Origin: Kudoa neothunni
Lineage: Eukaryota; Animalia; Cnidaria
Direction of reading: 5' to 3'
Length of the DNA stretch: 64,000 nt
Assembly: GCA_964304625.1 (NCBI GenBank)
Contig: OZ199838.1
Coordinates: 734,481-798,480, forward strand
Shown: piece by piece, positions 42,261 through 54,066 of the stretch
Numbering within the stretch: the stretch's first letter is position 1
Layout of the letters: each line of letters begins with the position of its first letter
Program-made: the position numbers and the translations under genes
Notes under the pieces: generated by a model
What the model saw: only the letters and a program-made list of their open reading frames with translations
What the model was told of the DNA's origin: nothing
Databases searched by the model: none

Positions 42261-45200
42261 TATCTATAAATAGAATGGCTTCGCACAAAATACAATGACT
42301 ACTGGTCGTTTTTTTTATTACAAAATAACCTAAATGTCGAATATATACAGAAATAATTAGAATAACTGATCTTTTATTCAAATAGATTAGTTTTTATTGT
42401 GGTTTTATCATTAAATGATTTGTAAGAAAATAAGATTTAGAAGTAAACCAGTGTTTAACTAAGTTATTCCTTATTAAATTTCGCAAACAAGTTTTTATCA
42501 TTTAGATACAACATATTTAAAAGTTTATAAATATTTTAATTGATCACGATTATTTATTTAATAATTATTAGATAAAAAAAGTTTGGAGAAAATTTTTGCT
42601 GTATTTTTATAAAACCTATTCAATGATATTTATAATCAATCATTAAAAACAAAAATTTACTTTCATTAAAATAATAAATCTACGGATATAAAAACTTTTA
42701 TCATGAAAATTTAATGTTTACATTTATATAAACATGATAACTCTATCACATTTACATTATCGTAAAATTTAATGAATATTATTGCGATAATTCATACTTA
42801 TCTTCTAATTATATTGTCCAAACAAATAAATAAACTAAATCTAAATAGGTGAAATATTTTTATTCGATTTAAACCATTATCGACCAAAATTTTTACCTAG
42901 AAAACAGAGCCCGACACAAATGCACAATAGACTTAATCGAATAAACCAAAATGCTTATTCAGACTCTTATTATTATAATTATTTTCAGATATTTGAAATT
43001 AAATCTAGAAAAAATCTAGGAAAACGTTATTATTATCTTTTATGTTAATAGAAAATACAACATGAATTTTCATGCGTATTATAATGTGCGAAGAGCGAAG
43101 ATACCCGAAAGTGGATTTTCGCAAAAAACGTTGATATGTGAATTTTTACAACTTTTTTAACAATCAATATTTAAAAATTATAATATGTTCATATATGAAA
43201 CATCGGGAAGTTCAGACACGCACAACTTGTTGAATATTATGAGCTGGATGCTCTACCATTATCCAATTATATTTTGAAGAAGTAATAATATCAGGGATGA
43301 ATCATGTTATAAATATTCAACCGATTACAGACGCGAATGCAGTTGAAGGTTTTATTCTATTTTTTCAAAAATTCTTATTTCCAGTGGTAGTATTTTTGAA
43401 TATATAAAATTGGTAATTTAATTTTGTTGATACTTTTTTGTATAACTTTTTAAATTAAATATTTTAAATATTATCAATTGAAATGAATTGGTTTCTTTCC
43501 TCTAAATGACTATAATTACTAACCACTTTAACCCTCTAATGACTTTGGGGTAATTTTTTCCCCAACAAAAATTTTGGTTATATACGTGATTTGTTTTCTC
43601 TTGGTAGAGTACGTGTTTTTTTTAATCTTCCCAAAAAGGTAACAAATATATGATTTTAAAATATTATGAATGAGAATACAAAATTAGGAGAATCATAACA
43701 AGTTTGCACTCCGAAGAATTCTAAGGTAATAAATTACTCAAAATTTTTTTCACATTAATTGATTGATAAAATAATAATTGTCACATTATTCAAATTATAA
43801 GTTTATATGATTAATAAATTTGAAGTTGAACGGTTATTACCTATACCGATGAACATATGACTTCATTTTTAATTTTATCATTGCGTTAATGGAGATGGAT
43901 TTCACCGATAGCAGTTAAAGTGATTATGATTACTTTAAACTGATATGCCGTAAGAATATAACGAGATTGTAAATTTTAGGAATACGGATCTATACACAAT
44001 CAATAACTGCCTGCAGTAGCGTTTTTCTATTTAATAGATATATTATTTCTATATACGTTTTCCACAAGCAAAAGAAATCTGGAGATAATATGGTTGGGAG
44101 CAAGTTTTTGAAAATATGGCAGTTACTATCTTTCCATTAATGGAATGAAATATCTATGAAATCCTAACAGCACAATCTTATCTATTCTTCCGTGACTGAA
44201 CACACCAAATTAATGGACAATTTTTTCAAATTTTTGATGTTTTTTACGGAAAATTGATAAAAACCCCACTATTACCGATTGTTTCAGATGTACGGAATTG
44301 TAGCAAAATTCATTCCGAGTGTTTGCGAATCTTACTCTCAGTAAACGTTATATTTTGTTGCACAAATAATAAAAGTATTTATTTCATGTTATAAATGTAA
44401 AATCTACTCAAACATTAAGTTTTAATCAAAAATCGTCATTGCGGATTTTAACGAATACAGTTTTCGTAGGATTATGAAGATTACTACTCGGAAATTAGTT
44501 GTTTTACAACCAAATCTAGGCTTGGGAATATGCTTATTTTTGTTTTTTGAACTCAAATATTTTTTATGGTGGGAACGGAGAAATAAAAATATGAGTAATA
44601 ATTTACCACAAAATTCATCGGATTTCAGAGTGCAGTCGCATCTTAGCACATTCGAGGGAGAAGAAATAAATTTTCCATTTAAACAAGACTAATTTACCCG
44701 TTAAACATTAAACTAATGTATTAATAACCGAATAAATGAATTTTTAAATTAAAACGAGAAATAAACGATGTAATAAGAATTTAATTTAAAGTCAACATAA
44801 GAGAGCCTCAGGAAGCAATCTTGTCAAGATATATTATTCATGTCTAGTATCGTAACATCAAAATTAATATACAACATTCTAAGTTATTCAAAAATGACCA
44901 TCCTCTGACGAACTTTGGATGGAAATATTTTTAATTTTTTCGAAAGAATTTAAAAAAACCCTCAACCATTTTCAAATTAATCTGCATAATACGATTCACG
45001 TAATTACACCCATGTCCCCAAGCGAATTTCCGCGATTAGTTTATACACTTTATTAATGTGTAAATCTGTGCTCAACATTAACATATGTATACATGTGGAA
45101 ATTATTATCCCAATGAACTACGTCTCAAAATTCTATGGTTCAATATTTAATAAAATATTTAAAGTTTTCTTTTATTTATAAATTACATAAATTAAAAATT

Positions 45201-46899
45201 AAGCTATTTGTTGACCTTAATTTATTTTGCGTACATTAAATAGATGAATATAATTTTTTACTTTTTCATGAATCAACACTAGACGACTGACGTTATTATT
45301 TATCTCTACATAAATATATTATTTTTATGTAATGTAATAAATAATTTTTAAACATATTATTATAATTATGGTAAATTATTATAAAAAAAATGATTTATAT
45401 TAATGTAATATTATATTATAGTAATTAAATAATTCTCTTTAATTATAAGAGAAAATCAAATGATTCAAACAAAAATAACCCTTCCACATAGTTCAAAAAA
45501 TAACAGCATTTACGAAAAATATCTATTTAATATTTATTGGATCTTACATCTTTCTTGCTCTAGTCGTTTTTTATAAGTAATTCAATGCGTGACACATTTT
45601 GGTTCATTAGACAAGTCAATCGTTTTAGCAGTTTAGTGAATTCCGATGCAAATTTTTTAGTTCTTGTAGAAACTAGAAGCCTATTCACATTTGATTTTGT
45701 GATGAATACACCTAACAATTTCCTATTTTTTACTTACCCATATTAAATATAAAATTCGACCATTGGGTTAATAAAAATACATTGAATCCGAAAAGATGCT
45801 CTCTAAATGCATTTGAATAAGAATAAATTTGATAACATATAATGTGAGAATTTATAGAATAAATTCGTAAATAATCGTTCTTATCTACATTGAACCAACA
45901 TTATATAAGTTAATTTAATAAAAATTCATATCAGAGTGATTCACAAATTCTAACATAAAACTTAAAACGTAACATAATAGACTACAATATTAAATGATGG
46001 ATCTCAAATTTGGAAAGCGGATAAAGTTAAAATCACGTACGTCATAGGTTCATTTTGAAGGATGTAGGTTATTTAGAAGTTGATAAAATAGCTGAATATC
46101 TGATCAAAGCCTACGTATACAAATTTATTACTTTTAAATATTAGAATAAACAATTTTACATGATAATGGGAAATAACAAAAATTACGAAATATATAAATT
46201 CAGGTTGATTTTCAATTTTATTCATAAATGACTAATTCAACAATTAATACTGCAATATAATTTTGTTACAATTAAGATGACTCGCTCTTTCAAATTAGTA
46301 ATAAACAAGATAGCAATTTGTACAAATAAATTGAATTTGATTAGTTGAGATATTCTGGAATTAAAATATTGATATATTTTATTGTAATTAATTATATCGA
46401 AAAGTATATTTTCATATAACCTCTCTAATTATTTTGAGAAAATATATTTTTATTAATAATTATCTTATTGTAAGACGTTAATGTGTATGATTACTTATTT
46501 ACGAAAATCACACAAAGAAATAATTTTTAGTATTAAAATAATGGATAATTTTTATTTGTGCATGTAAGAATAAAAAATCTTCTTTATCTGGAATAGTAAG
46601 GGAACATATTTTTGAAATTGATTATAATTTTATTCCTTAATTATACTGAATAATTAATTCATTTCAGTCATCCATCAACTCGGTCAAAGTAAGCCTTCTC
46701 CAATGTCCCAGCCATATAATATTTAAAGAATCGGCTAGGTTAGTAATACTTGGCTGTGAAATGTCTAAAAAGGTTTAAAAATTGTTATATTTATTTGTAT
46801 GAACCATTGGATCCTGATTTTTTGGTTCTTAAATAAATAATCGATTTTATTAACAAAAATAAATTAATTACCGGCGATAATTCCTCATGTTTATGAGAA

Positions 46900-47680
46900 G
46901 GTGGAACTGATAATCCTCCTTACTGAAAATTCTAACACGTATAATTCGAAGATATCTTATAATTTATTACTGATCAGGGCATATTCTCTGCTGATAACAA
47001 AATATTTTTGCATAAGAATATAGCAATGAATCAATATTTTCCCATTTGTCTCTAAAATACTAAACTTAGATGGAATATTAAGGTTTTATAAATAAATTTA
47101 CGTGATCATTCCAGAATGATTGAGGTATTAAATTTATAACGTTTTCATTTATCATTATTTTCATAATTTTTTTAACTCCATTTGATAAAATCTATTAATA
47201 ATTATAAGTTTGTTTAGCATAATTTTGTATTACAAGACAGGATAAACAATTTTTGGGTACAACCAAATCGATAACTATGAAATTAAATTTTAAATATTAC
47301 GTCGTATTTAATTATAATACATTGATTTTTGGTTGTACAATCTGCCAGATAGGCACACAAAACTTGGGGATTTAAATGCTGATTTATAATTTGATCAAAA
47401 TTAGTTTCCGCCACATCAATTTTTCCACACTTTAATTAAAAAAATTAGACATTTTAATAAGCGAATATTTACATTATTATTATTATTATGAAGATTTCTG
47501 CAATTGATTATTAATTCATTTTGTAGGAAATTTTTTATATCTCTGGTTATATTGGGGTTTAATCTTATCATTATACTTGTGTAATTCCAAAAAACGACGT
47601 TGGTATCAAGGTATTGATCTCCATAGCTTGTGAAAATAATTCGGCTAATTATACTAATCACTAAATTATATTTATTATTT
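46900..47680 (-). pseudogene. Saposin-like (SapB-type) multi-domain gene with in-frame stops
   Basis: Spliced reading: ..INCRNL..|CGKIDVAETNFDQIINQHLNPQVLCAYLADC, a phase-1 intron, VVPKNCLSCLVI...TYNY**IL..., then IFCYQQRICP. More exon-like pieces may extend to ~48.2 kb and ~46.7 kb. Confidence 0.55.
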
Positions 47681-48401
47681 CACAATTAATAATAATTTTA
47701 ATTAAAACCGGTAATTAAAAACACGATTGAATAAACGGTTTGCATTTGTCCTATTTTACGATATTTGTTTCTCTTTGATATTAAATATTAAAATTATAAT
47801 CATTCGTTATCGAAATATTTAATAATAAAATGATGATTACTCGGAAATTTTAAATGATTTAGTTAAATTTGTAAAGTTATCAATACTAAGTAATTGTGAA
47901 TATAATTTTTCACATTGTATACAATTTTCTTTATGTATTCTAGTATACAAAAATAACTTGGGCGGCATGAATCATGTAATATAAACGAAAGTATATTTTC
48001 TGCACTAATAAACTATTTACATAATTAGGTACAAACGATAATTGTTTATGATAAATGTTATCTAATTTGAATTGTCAAAATTTTTATCTATTGAACCCCG
48101 CATGTGTTCGCAACATTGATAATGCGTTTGTATATAGTACTTTCGGTTTCGGCCTTGTTTCGACTTTGCATTATATTCATAAAGCGTTACATTTTGTGTT
48201 CTATTAATTATCACTTAAATTAGTGAATTAAATTCTTATTATTCATTTATTTGGTTAATAATATATATATTGACTCTTAAATAAAAAGCGATTAATTTAA
48301 TATGGGATAAAATAAAAGAATCAACACTAATATCTCCATCAATATTTGTGTTATATGTTTAAAAATAATATTCAACTTTTTTTTTAATTTTATATTATCT
48401 T

Positions 48402-50117
48402 TTAACCATTCGATACCCAGGAAAAAAACTTACACACATGTCTAGAGGTGGACACTGTGTACATCCCCAAAAAAACATTGAAATGTATAACTGAACAACG
48501 AATTATTTAGTAAAGCATGATTTATTAAATATATGTTTTATTCTTTATCCATAATTGACTTTGTCACACACACTGCTTATTGTACGGCATTGTTTATTGG
48601 GTGATCTCTTAGATACACCACCATAACCGCCTTTTCTGGGTCCATCGTTTGTCCCCTCATTATTATTTTATATAATTGTTTTAGAACCCATTAAAAACTC
48701 CATTAATAGCTTTTTTTAGGAATTCTCTTTAGGACCAAAGCTTGTATAAACTAAGAAATTGAAGGTGCTAGTCCCATAAAATTGAAATTAATTGTGTGCT
48801 GCCGCGTCTGTAATATTGTATAATACAGCTATTATTCAGCATCTAGTACAGCAAATCTCAACATTTTCGTTCTTATCCAACCTCTCCCTTTTATGAGAAT
48901 AAATGTTTTCCCCATGTCTTTTTATGATTACTCTATGAGATCCTTTGATAAATTATATATTTATACACTAAGTAATAATTATTTTAAATGTTATTAATAG
49001 TTAATATTTATACGTGAATAGACCAATTATTTACTTATGAATTAATAGGTGTATATTTAAAATACATTATATACTTACATGTATCGAAAAAATTTGGTAT
49101 AGTTTTCGAAGAAAAAACAATCACTCATTCTTAAGTTTAAATAATAAATGATTTGAATAAAAAAGTTAATCTTTGTAAATATTTTTTAGTCGCCTTGACA
49201 ATCTTGGTGGTTAAATGAATATAGGAAAATCCCCTGGTCCTATCTCATCGAGCCCTAAGGGTTAAGTTGAGTCCCCTTTTGGGATCATTGATGTAAAACC
49301 TTAGTTTATATCAAATATATTTACAGAATTTGTTCGCTTCTCGATTCGAGTTGGATGTGAATATTACGTGTCATTGGTCTCTTCACGCAGGAATGACGTT
49401 TGATGAATCCTTGATTTATATATCGCTATCAAAATCAGGGTTATCGTCCCTTATCGTTAATGGGTCTATTTCCTCAATATTTTCAGATAAAAATGTCTAT
49501 ATCTGAATCTTTTGATGAAAAAAAATAAAACCCTCGCCGTTATTTATTGTTTGACTGATGATCTCCCGCAAAAATTCCGTTTTATCCAAAAAATAACGAA
49601 GAATATTCCAAAATAATGAAAATTAGCATAGACGTATCAGTAAAGTTTGTGAGTATATTAGATAATCGCACAGACCACGTCGTATATAGACATATCTTGT
49701 CTCAATTGAATCGACATAAAAATGATACTTATGCTCAAATAATAATAATAATTTAAAATCAAGTTTCTTTACAAGTTAAATTTATCAAAACCTCATTGTT
49801 ATGAAATTTATAATGCAATATCTAGAAAACCATCGGGTTATACTTGAGTGTCACTCTTTTAAACGTTTGGAAATGATCATTCATTTTAGGATTGGTGCAA
49901 GTATAACTCATTTTAACCTAACCATCTTTAATTGGAAATAAAAAAAAAATTATATTAGAATAGATACGTAAAATATTAATATTATAAAACCTTTAATAGA
50001 ATAGTAAATTCAATTGAAATAAAATAATATAAATATTAAGAGAATTCAAATAGAGCATTATATTAAAAAACTCATCATAATGGACACCCTGCACACGTCC
50101 TTGTCTTGGAGGGTTAA
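48402..50117 (-). mobile_element. Decayed piggyBac-like element(s)
   Basis: TTAA-CC and GGG-TTAA ends, a further gggttaa terminus near 49260, and weak remnants of the GVD..DQ region and Cys-rich tail on the minus strand. Confidence 0.45.
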
Positions 50118-51068
50118 TAAATTAACTAATTTCATTAAATAATTAGATATATTATACTTATACCCTCTACGTTATTTAACATTATATATATAAATATATA
50201 TAATTATTCATTATGTTATATCATTATAAGACGAATAAGCAATTACCTCTAAAAGGAAAATTTTAGATTAATTATTTTATGAATCATTTTTATGCGTTTC
50301 ATCTAATAAAAATAATTCAATAGATTGGTAAAATAATTCGTATTGTACTTCGTATAAAAAAATAAAATATAAAAATTTAATACGAATCATAAAATTTAAA
50401 TCGTTTTCCTTATTCATATCTATGTGTTTTGAACTTTTATTATTGTTAATTATAACCTTAAAATGTTACACTCTAGTCTAAGGCAGAGTCTAACTTAATT
50501 GGTAAAATTAAGCATACCTGGCCAAAATAATTTTAATAAGTTCAGTTAAAGTATAAACTTATTGTTCTATTATAAATGTTAGCTATGTCGATCATATAAT
50601 GTTAAACTGAAAAAATTCAATTTTTCAATTTTTTCCAAATAATATAATAATATAATTATTATTTTTAAGTATAACATCATAAAATGACTTTTATTAAATG
50701 ATATCTGATAGATAATATTTGGTTCAAGAAAAATAATCTTTTTATTTTTCTAGTGTATTCACCAAATATTCTTTATTGTGTTATAAAATTAATAACAAAA
50801 AATTTTTAAAATATGAAATAAATGTTTAAATATTAATAATAAAATATATATAGTCAATTCAACTTTAAAACTTACCATTAAATGGTAAGTTAATTTATGC
50901 ATCATTTCTTGGAGCTGATGAAATATATTTAATAAAAATTATATTCCATAATTAAAGTGTAATTAACAATATTTTCTACTTACACACTAGAATTTCTCGC
51001 ACTGATATCACCAAATCTAATTATATTATGTTTAAGTCAATCAAAATAAAAAAATTAGATGATATCAA

Positions 51069-52672
51069 TTATTCTTCAATCGGCTTAGCCACTTTCTTTT
51101 GAATTGTTGAAGACGTTTCGGTATTATGATTCTGTTCTCTCTCAATAATGTAAACGCCAATTCTAAATTGAAATAGACGATTGGTTTTCAAATTGCAACG
51201 ATTACGTCCCAATAACGGTTGCCATAAAAGCTATAGTTCCAAATATAATATAGGTTAACCCAGGGAACCAATCAATGGTGTTTTTATAGATATAGTTGGA
51301 ACGAACACGCCAACACTGGTTGATAATATTGTGAAAATGCTTTGTAATGGGAATATCAGTGCTAAAAATAATGATAATAACCATAATAGTCAGAATACTG
51401 AAATAAATTAATAATAAAAATATACTCTTTGATTGACCTTTGAATACTTTTGAATGACAGGTATTAAACGTTGGTCTGAAAACATCCTGTAATATCAGAA
51501 AGATTGGAGCTGTGCATAATTTAGACACGAAATCACGCTAATCAAATTACCAAAATACAGGTACATATGATGGTTTGCAAAAGCAACCATGTAATAGAAT
51601 GCCAAATGTAGAGGTGTCGCTAAGGCACATAATTTCCAACCGGCCAGATTTTTATTAAATATTTCTGATGCTAAAATAATGAGCGTTGGCCCTAATCCAC
51701 GGAACAGCCAGAAGATAGATAAAAGGAAACCACCCTGTTTGGAAGTAAAATTAAATTTGTTATTCATCGAATAAAGTTGATATAGTTTCTGTAATGATAT
51801 ATCCGCTATAATTAATTATGTACTGAAATTGATTAGGACTAATTATACAGAATCCAAGCATGATCTGGGAAATGAAAATCATAATTGTTGGTAAGTTAAA
51901 GCTTTTAATGGTTTGAATAGTGGCATCTCCGATCCCAAGTACCTCACCATTCTGCTTGTTATCTTTTGGAATTACTCTTTCGAGCCACGCTGATAAACCA
52001 ATTACGAATAATTCCATTGTTATCAATATTAAAAATGGTGTAAAATATCCGAGGTACATGATAAAGTATCCACTTAGAAAGGAACTTAAGCGTATAGCAG
52101 CAATCGTTGAAACTTCAATCCTTAAAAATTTTATTTTTGTATTAGTTTGATTGTTTGTGTATGAAATGTAGGTTTGTACTAACGATTTAAGTGAACCGAA
52201 GCTTCCAAAAAAACTGGGAATAAAAACCAATCCAAACTAAATATTAATTTCAAAAAAAAAATTAACGTATACCTAAATCACTTACATAGATATATAGAGA
52301 TTTAGACGGAAAAAACCAAAGATAAATGCCAATAAGAGACGTTAACAAAGATGAAACGCAGGGGATCCAAATCAAATTGTCTGGCGAATAAACAAAAGAT
52401 AAATAGTTGACATAAAATATTGAGATAAGCGTGGGTATTAATATGCCCCAATTAGACAAAATATTCCATCTGGCCAACTGCTCGGAAACAAAATTGTTAA
52501 ATGTTTTATTTTGGTAGCATTCATCTATAGATATGTTGTTATATGTTTGTTCACAAATATTCTTGAATATTAGCTGGCTCATCAGAGGTAGTTGCAGAAA
52601 ATAAGCAACACTGAATAAGAATATGACAACTTCTATCAGCTTGACACTTTTGATAATTTCAATAAACTTCAT
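51069..52672 (-). CDS. MFS transporter, SLC46-like; paralog B, with a single-base frameshift near 51300
   Basis: Same five intron positions and phases as paralog A (52237-52285, 51806-51848, 51510-51550, 51362-51425, 51163-51205). Shared blocks include QLIFKNICE, SNW..L.PTLISI.Y.NY, LIWIPC.SSLLTS.IGIYL and FIPSFFG..GS.KSLVQTY. Confidence 0.8.
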
Positions 52673-53159
52673 TATTGATGTATATTCTACTTATTGACTT
52701 TTATAAACAACTGAAAAATGATATTTTTGAAATATAAACTATAAAATGCTATCTATAAAATAATAACATAAAAAGAAGAACAACTTGGTATTAATTCCCT
52801 TAAATAAGCTATTTTTTGTTAATTAAGCCTTAATACTTCTTTTAATGTAAGCTATAATTCAATTTTTTTCTTTATGATGATTACACTAATGCAACTTTGC
52901 GATATCCGATCAATATTATACATCAATAATATAAATTCAATCTATTTATTAATTCCACGTGAGATCGATTCTTATGCCCTTTATTCAAGGATATATTTTT
53001 TTGTCAGATGTTAGATCAAAATATTTTACTAAGGGTTTGTCATCCATTATCGGATATTGTGATGATCAATTTCGGATTTTATGTAAATCAATTCCAGATT
53101 TTCGCGCAATAAAGCAACTGGTATAAATGTAATTCAATAAGTACTATTCAAAATAGGTT

Positions 53160-53690
53160 TATAGCTTTTTCATAATATTAATCACGAGTAATATCCTCCA
53201 TTAAATGACATTTCGTCAAAAACATTTCGGATTGATGACAAAAACTTTTGATTTCATCCTCCGAAACAGACTCTGCCGCAGTCATCATTCTTGAAATCAA
53301 ATCATCCGTTCCGCGCTAAGGGCCGTCTTTTCTAACCCTAGATTTAATAAGCGAGAAGACTTCCTCAAACGGGTTAAGAAACGGTGAATAACTAGGCAGC
53401 TAACGTCGTTATCCCTCAAATTCGTCATAAAATTCCGCATTTGCGAGATGGAACCTTACATTATCCATGGCAATAGCGAAATTATCCTCCATAATATCTT
53501 CAATTTCTCCAAGGAAGTCACGGAATATGTCTGTGTTGACAGATAAAAATACAGCCTCGCAATGAACCAGGCCAGTTCTACATATCGCCAATACCATCGT
53601 AACGTTTGGACCACGACTATTTGGTAATGTCACATTAGGAGTTGTTCCTCTTTGTGACCTTTCGTGGGCCCTCAGCATATGGAGATTGAA
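53160..53690 (-). mobile_element. Tc1/IS630-like DDE transposase, 3' fragment
   Basis: NVTMVLAICRTGLV, IAMDNVRFH, then LPSYSPFLNPFEEVFSLIKSRVR. Confidence 0.85.
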
Positions 53691-54066
53691 TTTTTTTTTA
53701 TTGGAATCGAGGGAAAAATTTTAATTCAAGATAATGTTAGTTGGCAATTAAAGAATTTTAAGGATGAACATAAACAAAGATTTTAGGATAATAATATAAA
53801 GAAAATTATTCATATTGCGCTGAAAAATGAGTCAGAAATAAAATAGTATTTATAATTTTTAAGAACTGGTCATTCGCCAAATTTTATCCTAATTTAAAAG
53901 GACATAAATACTCTATTAATAAATATGATTAAAACAACAATTGTAAATTATTTTTCAGCCAAATAATCTTAATAATAGTTTGTTGTTCTTTTTAAATAAA
54001 CGGTGTAGTACTCATGCTGAATAATAAAGAAAACGTAAAATAAAATTACTTGCATGCGTATTACCG

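Noticed and set aside
41747-42381. ORF-track proteins 41747-42049 and 42067-42381 as genes
   Set aside because: They are shadow frames over a decayed Merlin-like transposase. The same applies to most antisense ORFs over the hAT and MFS loci.
9225-46033. ~75-bp direct repeat at 9225-9300 and 45959-46033
   Set aside because: Real, but most simply two fragments of a dispersed repeat, with no further structure.
32481-47680. Stop-codon reassignment (TAA/TAG=Gln or TGA=Trp), suggested by in-frame stops in several loci
   Set aside because: The intact Kunitz and MFS A genes contain no internal stops, use TGG and CAA normally, and end in TAA. The stops are confined to loci with other signs of decay.
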